This document shows positions 9,042 to 18,000 of a stretch of DNA of 64,000 bases, piece after piece. The notes under the pieces are model-generated. The model ran no database searches, had not been told where the DNA came from, and worked only from the letters and a program-made list of their open reading frames with translations. Both the position numbers and the translations under genes were made by a program. The stretch covers positions 1 through 64,000 of IMG/VR virus record IMGVR_UViG_3300032298_001038; one strand, written 5' to 3'. This DNA is from a virus. The number at the start of each line of letters is the position of its first letter. Positions within the stretch are counted from its first letter, which is position 1.

Positions 9042-10502
9042 TCATGTGACATAATTTTGCAGTACACAGTGGTTTGCTGTCAACAAGTTATTCCGGTATT
9101 TTTCACTGGCGGCAGCGTAAGCAGCAATCTTATACAAAGCGTAGTGCTTCGCAAGAGCAGTTTCTGCGTTTGTGCTGGCCCGCTTTTCTGTCTGAGGTTT
9201 TACAGGTTTAACGTTACGAATTGCGGCTAAATAGGCACGTTTTTCAAGGTTATCGATTAACGTGCTGTGCGTACGTGCAACCTTTTCGGCCCAAAGCCTT
9301 ACGGAGTCTGACGCGCTATCTGCCGGATAAAACTTGTTGTTTTCCAACGAGGAAACGATGTCTTCTTCTGCCGCGAGTTTCGAAAAAACGTTTGGCAGCG
9401 CGTTTGTCACTGCCTCAACGAGTTCAACATTAGCAGATTTGACCGTAAGTGCCAAGAAATCCCTTACAGACAGGATGACTCCGGCGTCGGCTAGTCCGCG
9501 TAATACCTCCGCCATTTTAGCAAATGGACAGGCGTTTATATCAAGCGCAGGCTGTACAGACGGGTGCGCGGCGAGGGCCATCTGAGTCCAACCGTTGGGA
9601 TTGTTAACAGATTCTTGCTCGGCTTGCGCCAGTTGTTGCAGGGCGTTGAATTGCTGCGCGGCGCGCTTCGACGCCATGGCCGAATCCAGACCGTACGGCA
9701 TCGTGACGCCCAGTTGCTCGGCCAGTTCTGCGCCTGAAACCATGGTTCCCGCAGACGCCGCTTTCTCCAACCGGCCCGATACGTAAGCGATACGGTCCGC
9801 CGGGCGGAACACGTGAGAAATGTCGAAAAACGAGCACTTGATGTTGTCGGCGTGGAGGATGTGGCCGTCCTCCAACACCCGGCCCATGTGGTGTTTTAAA
9901 CCGCCGGCTTTGCAGTGCCCGCCGTTCTCAATCGAGTCGCAGTATTCGGCGCGGGTGCGGGCTTTATTGCCGCAAGACGAACAAATATCAAAAGGGATTT
10001 TGCACGCCATGGAAACCGGGATGTCCTTGCCGGAACCCAGTTTTTCCATCTCTTTGTCGGCCAGCAAACCGCCGTTACGGTCGGCGGCCTCCTTCGAGCC
10101 GTTCAGCGCGCAGATCAGTTCGATCCGCTTCATCGGCTCGTTGTAGTACGACGCCTTTACAATGCCGAAACTCTTGGCCGGATTCTTGTTGGCGTGGTCG
10201 CGGTAGAATCGTGCAAACTTTTCAAACGTGTGATGATCTTTTTTGCACGTGTCGCGGCTAAAGCCGTCGCCGTTGCGGTTCGGGCCGTAGTCTTCAGTAG
10301 CACCAATAGCGATCAGGTGCACAGGAACTTCATCTTTTGCGAATTTAATGTGCGATACCTTTTCGACAAACTCGGCTCCGGCGCGCTTTACAAACGCCTG
10401 CTTGTCGTGGCCTATGATGCCGCGATTAGATACTTTAATCAGCGCGGCGACCGGCTCGCTGAAGTCCTGCGAGTTCGGCTGAATAACTTTGATCATGCTC
10501 AT
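9042..10502 (-). CDS. Putative prohead maturation protease with Zn-finger insertion and C-terminal extension
   Basis: FYRDH and VSMAC candidate His/Ser; CKIPFDICSSCG...C...C; canonical position upstream of scaffold and MCP. Confidence 0.65.
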   Translation of the reverse strand: MSMIKVIQPNSQDFSEPVAALIKVSNRGIIGHDKQAFVKRAGAEFVEKVSHIKFAKDEVPVHLIAIGATEDYGPNRNGDGFSRDTCKKDHHTFEKFARFYRDHANKNPAKSFGIVKASYYNEPMKRIELICALNGSKEAADRNGGLLADKEMEKLGSGKDIPVSMACKIPFDICSSCGNKARTRAEYCDSIENGGHCKAGGLKHHMGRVLEDGHILHADNIKCSFFDISHVFRPADRIAYVSGRLEKAASAGTMVSGAELAEQLGVTMPYGLDSAMASKRAAQQFNALQQLAQAEQESVNNPNGWTQMALAAHPSVQPALDINACPFAKMAEVLRGLADAGVILSVRDFLALTVKSANVELVEAVTNALPNVFSKLAAEEDIVSSLENNKFYPADSASDSVRLWAEKVARTHSTLIDNLEKRAYLAAIRNVKPVKPQTEKRASTNAETALAKHYALYKIAAYAAASEKYRNNLLTANHCVLQNYVT

Positions 10503-10510
10503 GTGTAGAC

Positions 10511-12418
10511 CTACAGCAGGTTGAGGTTTCTGTCTTTGATCTCGCCAATGGCTTTGTCGCGGTCGGCGCGGAGTTTATCCATTTCGAGAATCTGCTTTAC
10601 GTCAAAGTCCGCTAACTGCCCGGACTCAAGACGCTTGCGCAACAACGGCCGGATCATGCCCGGGGCGTCGATAAGGCTGGGCGCTAATTCCGCAATTTCG
10701 TTAAACGCCATTGCTACGTCCTGCGGGTCATAGCCGGAAATAACGGAATCATTCAAAACCATATCGTGCAGCACGCTCTTGGCGCGGATAGTCTTCAGCG
10801 CGTTTTCGTGCGTCGGGTCCATGAGTTTTTGGTACTGCTCGCGGACAACCTTCTTGGAGTCTGTATCTTTGATCGGCGACAAGTCGCTCAGATTTTTGGC
10901 GCCCAACAACCCGCCGACGAATTTAATCGGCGTGTCCATCTTGGGCGCAAGGTCTTTTACGGCTTTGCCAAAATCGCCGCTGATGCCCTTTACCTTAGTT
11001 TTGAACTCATCTTGCTTCTTGGCAATCTCTTTTTGCTGGAACTCTTCGTCCATAAGCCGGGCTGCCTCGGCTTGTTCTGCGGTTAAATCTTCTTCACGTA
11101 ATTTGCGCGCATATTGCATGTCGCGTTCTTGCTGCACTCTGTTGTTTTCGTTTTGATTAAACAACGCGTCTTGCAGTTTTTCGTCATCAGCCTGCATCTT
11201 GGCGGCGTCTTCTTCCTGCATCTGGCGGTGTGTCGATTCGTCGCGTTCTTGCTGCACGCGATTGACTTCGCGTTGGTTAAACAAAGCATCTTGCAGTTTT
11301 GCGTTATCGGCCTCTTGCTCCTCGCGCGCAAATGCTTCTGCCGGCGTTTCTGGTACAAGTTTTTTGCCCATGTTTTCGAATCGCGCGCGTTCCCGTTCCG
11401 CCGCGTCGAGTTTATGCGCTTGGCTGCGGACGTAATCGGGGCTGACGTTCGGGATGCCTAACCGGTCTGCAAATTCTTGTTGAAAGTTTTTATCGCCGCC
11501 AATGTAATTTGGCGGCTTTTTTGCCGCTGACTTTAACGTCAAAGGCTCTTCGACTTTTTCGGCAAGGATTGAGCCTGTAAGAAATTCTGGCGCGGTTTTC
11601 TTACCAACCGCTTCGGCTTTTTTTGAGGATGTCTTCGCCTGAGCGGCGTTGTAAGCGCCAACGGAATCAAGCACGTTCTGCACTAGTCCGTATACCGCGT
11701 CGTCGCCGAAGTGCTTTTTGTTTGTGTCCGCTTGCTTCGTGAAGTGCGGATAAACAGCCGCAACCTTTTGCAGCACAGAAACACCCTGCACGCCAAACCG
11801 AAGATTTACTTCGCGCAAAGCGTCGCCAAACGACATGTTGCCCGGCGTGCGGAAGTACACGTTCAGGTCGTCGAGGGCTGTGGCGGCCTTGCTATAAGCA
11901 GCGGTGGCTTGGCGGCGGGTTTCCTCTTCTGCGCGATGAGCGGCCATCTTTTGACTCTGCGAGCGAACAACAGCGGCGTGTTCGTCGCGCGGCGGCGGTG
12001 TCCACGTCTTTTCAGGCAGGGCCACTTTTGCCGCGGCGGACTTTTGCATCTCGTCCTTCCTGCGCGCAAGCATCCCAGCGACAGGTAGCGCGTATTCAGT
12101 CGAGACAACCTCGGCGCGTTTGATGGCGGACGAAGATTTCACTGTTTCAGGGTACAGGGCTTTAAGAACGTCGTTCACGTCAGCCAGCGGGAAGTCAGCG
12201 GCTTTTTCCAGCGTGCTGTCGCTCTTCTCGCGCTGCGTCGTTGTGCGGCCGGTGTTATAGGCGTGCACCATGAGGTTGATGTGGCCCGCTGGAATATCGT
12301 GCTCGCGGGCGCTTTTAATGATTGCGTCTGTCGGTGCAGCCCCGTCATTTACGAGCGCGGCAGCCTTTTCGATAGCGCTGATTAACTTACGCTCGGCGTC
12401 TTTGCTGAGTGAACGCAT
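10511..12418 (-). CDS. Large helical, Cys-free virion protein with K-x-A sites
   Basis: 635 aa, no Cys, at least 7 K-x-A motifs, internal 40-aa duplication. Confidence 0.65.
   Translation of the reverse strand: MRSLSKDAERKLISAIEKAAALVNDGAAPTDAIIKSAREHDIPAGHINLMVHAYNTGRTTTQREKSDSTLEKAADFPLADVNDVLKALYPETVKSSSAIKRAEVVSTEYALPVAGMLARRKDEMQKSAAAKVALPEKTWTPPPRDEHAAVVRSQSQKMAAHRAEEETRRQATAAYSKAATALDDLNVYFRTPGNMSFGDALREVNLRFGVQGVSVLQKVAAVYPHFTKQADTNKKHFGDDAVYGLVQNVLDSVGAYNAAQAKTSSKKAEAVGKKTAPEFLTGSILAEKVEEPLTLKSAAKKPPNYIGGDKNFQQEFADRLGIPNVSPDYVRSQAHKLDAAERERARFENMGKKLVPETPAEAFAREEQEADNAKLQDALFNQREVNRVQQERDESTHRQMQEEDAAKMQADDEKLQDALFNQNENNRVQQERDMQYARKLREEDLTAEQAEAARLMDEEFQQKEIAKKQDEFKTKVKGISGDFGKAVKDLAPKMDTPIKFVGGLLGAKNLSDLSPIKDTDSKKVVREQYQKLMDPTHENALKTIRAKSVLHDMVLNDSVISGYDPQDVAMAFNEIAELAPSLIDAPGMIRPLLRKRLESGQLADFDVKQILEMDKLRADRDKAIGEIKDRNLNLL
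11121..11310 (-). repeat. 120-bp-period in-frame tandem duplication
   Basis: KLQDALFNQxExNRVQQERD at 11121 and 11241. Confidence 0.85.
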
Positions 12419-12419
12419 G

Positions 12420-13358
12420 TTATTCTCCCGGGAAACCTAATTTTTGGATATCGGCAGTGTTTTCGAGTTTACCGCCGGCGGCAATAACTAACATCTCGTC
12501 GCCGCGTAATTCTGCTGCTCCGTTATCAAAGGGTAACATTTTTGCCCCTTCGGAATCCAGTTTTGTACCAATTTGAAAGGGTAGAGACGTCAGCATTACG
12601 CCGATATTGTCGACGATTGACGACTGGGCTTTCATGACGTTGTCGCTGTTTTTCTCGATCTCCACGTATTTTACAAAAGACTCGATGAGCGGCAGTTGGG
12701 TGTGCGTATTGACCTGCACCGTTAGGCTGGCCAGCGCCGCCTTGTACTTCATCGAACTGATAGCAAAATCTTGGAAAAACGTCCCGACGCCGTCGGCCGA
12801 CTGCGGTTTGGCAACGTCGGTGCCGCGGTTGATTACGGCGTCGAGAACAAGCGGACCGCCTTTGTACGCTAGCAGTTTCCAGAGCAGGTCGTAGTGCCGC
12901 TCCTGAAGCCCGCGGGTCACGGCATCCGCCATGATGACGTTTTGTACGTAATCCAGATTGTTAAGCCTGTCGCGGACATCGAAAAAGACGTTGATGTACG
13001 CGGTGATAATGCCCGGGTCAGTTCCGATCTTCTCGGCGATCTGCGCGTCTGACTCGCCGGCCAAAACGCGGGCCTCAATACCCCAGCGCGTCGGGTTCTT
13101 GTCCGCCAGCCAGATAGAGTGCGCCCAGAAAAGTTCTTTATCGCGCAGAATGAGGGCGTACATAGCGTTACGCCTGTTACCCGCCCGCTCAGCGTGGCGC
13201 TTTAAACGCACAGCCCGGCGAATCCACGTAAAACCGTCAGACCCGTCGATTTTTCGAGTCGGTTTTTGACCGCCGCCGTCAATTTCCTGCGCACGCAACC
13301 ACTTCCAATGGGGGGCGCGGCAAGGGTTATCACGAAATGCGGGATTTAAAACGTTCAT
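12420..13358 (-). CDS. Hypothetical protein, possible HTH segment
   Basis: ESDAQIAEKIGTDPGIITAY resembles a helix-turn-helix; coupled to the next gene. Confidence 0.55.
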   Translation of the reverse strand: MNVLNPAFRDNPCRAPHWKWLRAQEIDGGGQKPTRKIDGSDGFTWIRRAVRLKRHAERAGNRRNAMYALILRDKELFWAHSIWLADKNPTRWGIEARVLAGESDAQIAEKIGTDPGIITAYINVFFDVRDRLNNLDYVQNVIMADAVTRGLQERHYDLLWKLLAYKGGPLVLDAVINRGTDVAKPQSADGVGTFFQDFAISSMKYKAALASLTVQVNTHTQLPLIESFVKYVEIEKNSDNVMKAQSSIVDNIGVMLTSLPFQIGTKLDSEGAKMLPFDNGAAELRGDEMLVIAAGGKLENTADIQKLGFPGE

Positions 13359-13367
13359 ACAAATAAA

Positions 13368-13595
13368 TTACGAGTACGTCCCGCCATCAATAGTGGCGTT
13401 ACCGATATCGCCGCCGGAGCCGATTGTGGCGGTGGTGCCGTCTTCGCGCCCAATGTAAAGCGTGTTTTCGTCCTCGCCATACACCAGTTCGCCGGGCTGT
13501 AAGTTTACGGGCGCCCCTTGATTGACGTCCACCGCCGGCCGACGCCGCGTCGGCAACCGCAATACGCGAAAGATACGTGTAATAAGCCCGCTCAT
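13368..13595 (-). CDS. Small fibre/tropism-N-terminal-like protein (paralog of 14769-15101)
   Basis: PxNxQPGExxYxxxENxLYxGxEDxT motif shared with the paralog. Confidence 0.55.
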   Translation of the reverse strand: MSGLITRIFRVLRLPTRRRPAVDVNQGAPVNLQPGELVYGEDENTLYIGREDGTTATIGSGGDIGNATIDGGTYS

Positions 13596-13710
13596 AATAC
13601 CACCAAGAAATAATGCAAGATCGTTTTGTTATTTTAAATCCGCGGGTCTAAAACACGTGTGTTGCCCGCGTACACACACGCGCGCGCGACACGCACCGCC
13701 AAGCATAGCG

Positions 13711-14763
13711 TTAAACATTTTGGTCGACAAACCCGAAACAGACTGTGCAGTAATATTCGGCAGCACCGTAGTAAAACTTCACACTACTCATTGTTCCGTC
13801 GATTCGAATAATGTTGAACCCTTCTGCGCCAGTAAATTGTGTGTACTGAGTAACACCTACGGGATTTTGATATGTCGTCTCGCCGCCTGACTCCCAGATT
13901 GGCGTAAACGGTTTTGGATCACCATTCTCGTCCTGCACCTCTACTGGGACCGCCGTGCCTCCATTACCGACGCTAGCAAACGCGACTAGGGCGTCTGTGA
14001 CAGGCGAACTAAACACCGCCGTAAACACACCGGCCTGCGTGTTTGCAATTTGCTTGCCGCTGCTTGGTACGCCGTATTCTGTCGGAAAAGTGCCAGCCGA
14101 GTACATGCCGCCGTGCTCAAACATCCCGCCGCCACTTTGGGTAATCGCGACTGTGATATTGTTCTGCCCGATTCCAGACGCCGTGGTGGAGTCTACGCTA
14201 AGCATTCGCATCCACTTAAAACCAGAATCGCCAGTGCACGAAAAGTCATCGCAGGTTGCTAACGGGTTGTAATTGTCGGCGGCTGGATTCATGCAGCCAT
14301 AGACGCACGGAATACATGACCCGTCATCGCAGGTCGCGCTGGGGTTGTAGTTTGTGGCCGTGTCATCTGTGCAACCATTAACGCACGGCGGGCAAACTTG
14401 CTCAGCCGCATACGGCGCAGGCCAATTTACAAGCCAAGGCCGCGCCGCATAACTGTATGCCCGCGCAAGTTCTCCGTACGTCGCATTTGTGTAAAGCCAC
14501 ACGCCCGTCTCGTAGCGAACAACTTCATCCCCGTATTGATAAGTTGCGCGCCCGTAAGGCGCATAAGGAATAGGAGAAAGCGTGCGCTCGCCCGCGACCC
14601 AGCCCGTCATTTTGACCGGAGCAGTTGCCTCAGAACAACACGAATCGCCGCGACAGAACACCAACGTATCGCCTACAAATACGCGTTCAACATCGTCATC
14701 GCCTATTTTGATAGACGTGATATTAGCGCTGCCTATGTATGTATCGCTGTCTACTCTTGGCAT
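13711..14763 (-). CDS. Putative receptor-binding/surface protein with two GCxD..A.NY...A.CDD.SC repeats
   Basis: Cys-rich repeats GCTDDTATNYNPSATCDDGSC and GCMNPAADNYNPLATCDDFSC; beta-rich C-terminal domain. Confidence 0.55.
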   Translation of the reverse strand: MPRVDSDTYIGSANITSIKIGDDDVERVFVGDTLVFCRGDSCCSEATAPVKMTGWVAGERTLSPIPYAPYGRATYQYGDEVVRYETGVWLYTNATYGELARAYSYAARPWLVNWPAPYAAEQVCPPCVNGCTDDTATNYNPSATCDDGSCIPCVYGCMNPAADNYNPLATCDDFSCTGDSGFKWMRMLSVDSTTASGIGQNNITVAITQSGGGMFEHGGMYSAGTFPTEYGVPSSGKQIANTQAGVFTAVFSSPVTDALVAFASVGNGGTAVPVEVQDENGDPKPFTPIWESGGETTYQNPVGVTQYTQFTGAEGFNIIRIDGTMSSVKFYYGAAEYYCTVCFGFVDQNV

Positions 14764-14768
14764 AGCGA

Positions 14769-15101
14769 TTACTCGGCAACAATGTAGTACACAGTTGCCG
14801 GGTCTTTAGTCGCCAGCGCGTTGTACCCGGCTTGAGTAATTTTGACGATGTTTGTAAGAACTGTCCCGCCTGTAAGTCCAGTAATGTCGCTCTCTACGTA
14901 GTTGTTATCCGCGCCGCCAACCTGCACAGCAGTTGTGTCTTCAAGACCGGCGTACAGTTTGTTTTCTTCTACGTCGTACAGTATCTCGCCCGGCTGCACG
15001 TTAATTGGCGTCGGGTCTACTTCGCTGACAACCTCGCGGCGACGGTTCGGAAAGTGAAGCGCCCGGAACACACGTGTCGGGTCTGGGGTTTCTTCAGACA
15101 T
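14769..15101 (-). CDS. Small fibre-associated protein (paralog of 13368-13595)
   Basis: Shared N-terminal motif; C-terminal KITQAGYNALATKDPATVYYI fibre-like module. Confidence 0.55.
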   Translation of the reverse strand: MSEETPDPTRVFRALHFPNRRREVVSEVDPTPINVQPGEILYDVEENKLYAGLEDTTAVQVGGADNNYVESDITGLTGGTVLTNIVKITQAGYNALATKDPATVYYIVAE

Positions 15102-15119
15102 CGTTGCACCTTGTTAAAG

Positions 15120-15539
15120 TTACCGCAGCATCGGCGTCTCAACAGTAACCGTCAGCACAAAATTTTTGCTTCCCGAGCCGTTCGGTTTAATCCACAGATA
15201 TAAAAAACGCTGCGGCACAGACGGTGTTCCGTCGCGGTTTAAGTACGCCACATTGACGTTAGTATTTTCAGCGATTGCCACAACGTCAGGGTCAACGACT
15301 ACGTCGGCGAAATCGGCGAGGCTTAACACGTGAAATGCCTCAGCCGGCAGTGACGCGTTCGGCTCTGTTTCTTGGTTGCTAGAGTACAAGTCGGCGTCGA
15401 ACTTGTCGTCGTCGCCGGTTACCTGCACAAGCGAATAGCCGCGCAAAATACCGCGGTGCGGCGCGCGCACCGGGATTACGGTTTCTTGCCCGCTAACAGC
15501 CGTGAAAGATGTCGTTCCAGACCAAATCGTACTTGCCAT
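15120..15539 (-). CDS. Hypothetical structural protein
   Basis: 139-aa beta-rich ORF in the structural operon. Confidence 0.6.
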   Translation of the reverse strand: MASTIWSGTTSFTAVSGQETVIPVRAPHRGILRGYSLVQVTGDDDKFDADLYSSNQETEPNASLPAEAFHVLSLADFADVVVDPDVVAIAENTNVNVAYLNRDGTPSVPQRFLYLWIKPNGSGSKNFVLTVTVETPMLR

Positions 15540-15550
15540 ATTTTCACCTA

Positions 15551-17953
15551 TTACGAGGCTCCAGCGGTAGCGGCGAGATCAACGTCTTGCGCTTCCTCTT
15601 CCGGATACGGTTCAATTGTCTTTTGCTTGAGGAACAGAATTACGTCGCCCAACATTTCAAACGCGTTGCGGAGCGAGTCTTCCAGTTCCGGCATGTCGGC
15701 TTTGCCGTAACGATCGGCAAACCGGTCGCCGTGCCAGTAGAACATGAACAGGATGCGGCCCAACTTGTCGAGGCCCTTGGTCAGTTCGCCCATGTACCGG
15801 TCAACGAGACCATCGTCGCGCACGGCGCGCAACATCGTGCCGATCATGGCGGTGTCGAATACCTCGCGCTGACCGCTCTGCGCCGCACCGAGCACGTGCT
15901 GGATCGACTTCTGATCCAATTGCGTGTTCGGATTGTAAACGCTGCGGTCAGTCTGGCTTGCGGACATGCCGGGAACCGGCGCGCCGACGTCGATGCCGAG
16001 TTGTGTCGGAACGCTGGTGCCCATAATGGTTTCGCCGCCCATGACCGGGCCGGGATCAGCCGGCGCGCTGGGCGCGTTGTTAATCATCATCGGGCTGCCG
16101 TACGGGTCGGCGTACTTGATGTGGCACGCAAACTTGCGGCGGGCTTTGGCGTTGGCCAGTAACGTGCGGGCTGCGTCTTCACGCAGGCCATGACGTGCAA
16201 CAAGCGACGCCAAAGCATTCTTTTCCGACAACTCTTTTTCAATGAGTTGCTTCTTCGGACTGTGAATCTCGACTGCCGTGCCGTTGTGATAAATCGTCAC
16301 GCTGCCGAGTTTCTGCATCAGCGAGAGTTGCGCGTCAGCAAGGTTGCCCGGCATCAGCGGCGGATTGGCGCTTTCGCCGCAGCCGCAAGCGTCTTGCCCG
16401 TCAGCCGTTTCGGCGTCGTCTTCGCCCGGCGCGCACTTCAACAACTTGTACCCTTCGGGCACAAAGATGTCGCCCATGCTGAAGCGAAGTTTCGAGCCTC
16501 CCTTTCCGTTCAGGTGAATGCGCACGCCGTCGCGGTACTTGTCGTAGTTCAGCGGGTCGGTGTAGCAGCAGGGAGAGATTGAACCCTTGGGCGGGAATTT
16601 GGAATGGTCTTCCATGTGGACTTCGTAAGCGTTGCCGCCAAACTCAGTCTCGCCGTATTCGCGAATAACGCGGAACGGGACAGTCGTGTCGCCGTTCTTG
16701 TGAATCGCCATGTAACGGCCGCTCTTCGACACACTGTTGGCGTCGGAAAGGCCGTTGTACCACGAATCAAACTCGTCGCCTTCAACACGGCTCAGACAGA
16801 ACACGTGGTCGGCGCGGGTGTTGATCCACTCCGGCTTGCCTTCCGTGCGGACGACGGTGACAAAGTCGCTGCGCTTGCTCGGCCCCATCGGGTAGACAGC
16901 GATATAGCACTTTTCCACGTCGCCCGGCTTGACGAGCACCATGTACAGGCCGCTTTCGGTCGGATTGAATAACTTCTTCTCGACCTGAATGTTGTAGGGG
17001 ACAGACACGTTGTCGCGGTCGCGGATGTCTTTGATCAGAATCCCGTCGCGCAGCAACTTTTCTTGGTCCTCTTCGGTGTAGCCCGGCGGGAGCGCCGTCT
17101 GCATCGTCGCGTCGTACGTGATGACCTTCAGCGTGGCCATAGCCTTGGGTTTTTCGGGCGCTTCGGACAACACGCTCGCGACCTTGTGGTTCGCGGCGGC
17201 CTCACGGGCCTTCGCCGTACCGATTGCCTCGCTAATAATATCTAAACCGTGAAACTCGTCGATCGCCTCGGCGAGGTGTGGTGCAAACTGGCAGGTTTTA
17301 ACAAGCGCGGCAATAGTCTCCATGCCGGCTTGCTTCAGAAACGCCTTGAGATTTAACTTGTGGCCCAACTCTTCAAAAGCCAATTTGGTGTTCATGGTTG
17401 CCGTCTTCGCCAGTGTCGGCAGCACGGCGGTCATCATTTCCTTGAGCGTGGGCTGCGCCGAACCGAACTTGGCCGGAGACCGTGACAACTGCGTAAAATC
17501 GGGTTGGCGCTGGCCAAACTGCGTCAGGTTCTTGTCGATACCGCTGCCGAGAATGCTGGGCTTGCGATTAATGAGGTAATTGACCCAGTTTTCCTTGAGC
17601 GGCACGAACATGTCCTGATTCTTGATATACAGGAGTTCGTGCCCCTTGAGGTCGCCGTTGAGGAAGAATACGGGCGCGTACAACCACATCGACCCAACCT
17701 TAAACGCAAAAACGCCAACAGCCTTGGTGTTTTCTCGGTTTCGGTCGAGGAGTTGGAACCCGATCTCGTGATCCATTAACTTGGGCGCGCCATCGCGGAG
17801 ATAGGCGTGAGCGAGGTTTGAAAACGCCTGCTCAAACGCCATGTCGTCGCCTCGGCCGCCGATTTCGGCAACCTTGGTCTGGGTACGGTCATAGGACCGG
17901 ACGACGTTTAACCAATGCTTCCACGATGCTTCTTTAGTCTTTTTGTTGTACAC
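15551..17953 (-). CDS. Large conserved virion/head protein with K-x-A sites
   Basis: About 800 aa; probable GTG start 8 nt after GGAGG; LAKTA, LKQA and IKYA motifs. Confidence 0.65.
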   Translation of the reverse strand: MYNKKTKEASWKHWLNVVRSYDRTQTKVAEIGGRGDDMAFEQAFSNLAHAYLRDGAPKLMDHEIGFQLLDRNRENTKAVGVFAFKVGSMWLYAPVFFLNGDLKGHELLYIKNQDMFVPLKENWVNYLINRKPSILGSGIDKNLTQFGQRQPDFTQLSRSPAKFGSAQPTLKEMMTAVLPTLAKTATMNTKLAFEELGHKLNLKAFLKQAGMETIAALVKTCQFAPHLAEAIDEFHGLDIISEAIGTAKAREAAANHKVASVLSEAPEKPKAMATLKVITYDATMQTALPPGYTEEDQEKLLRDGILIKDIRDRDNVSVPYNIQVEKKLFNPTESGLYMVLVKPGDVEKCYIAVYPMGPSKRSDFVTVVRTEGKPEWINTRADHVFCLSRVEGDEFDSWYNGLSDANSVSKSGRYMAIHKNGDTTVPFRVIREYGETEFGGNAYEVHMEDHSKFPPKGSISPCCYTDPLNYDKYRDGVRIHLNGKGGSKLRFSMGDIFVPEGYKLLKCAPGEDDAETADGQDACGCGESANPPLMPGNLADAQLSLMQKLGSVTIYHNGTAVEIHSPKKQLIEKELSEKNALASLVARHGLREDAARTLLANAKARRKFACHIKYADPYGSPMMINNAPSAPADPGPVMGGETIMGTSVPTQLGIDVGAPVPGMSASQTDRSVYNPNTQLDQKSIQHVLGAAQSGQREVFDTAMIGTMLRAVRDDGLVDRYMGELTKGLDKLGRILFMFYWHGDRFADRYGKADMPELEDSLRNAFEMLGDVILFLKQKTIEPYPEEEAQDVDLAATAGAS

Positions 17954-17957
17954 AGGC

Positions 17958-17973
17958 GCCACCTCCATGCGGC
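17958..17973 (-). promoter_or_regulatory. CsrA/RsmA-type hairpin over SD
   Basis: GCCGC-ATGGAG-GTGGC (one G-U pair). Confidence 0.55.
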
Positions 17974-18000
17974 AGACAATAAACTAACAACTCTACTAAT

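Noticed and set aside
15551-17953. Portal or terminase assignment
   Set aside because: No Walker or nuclease motifs, and no portal features recognisable by eye.
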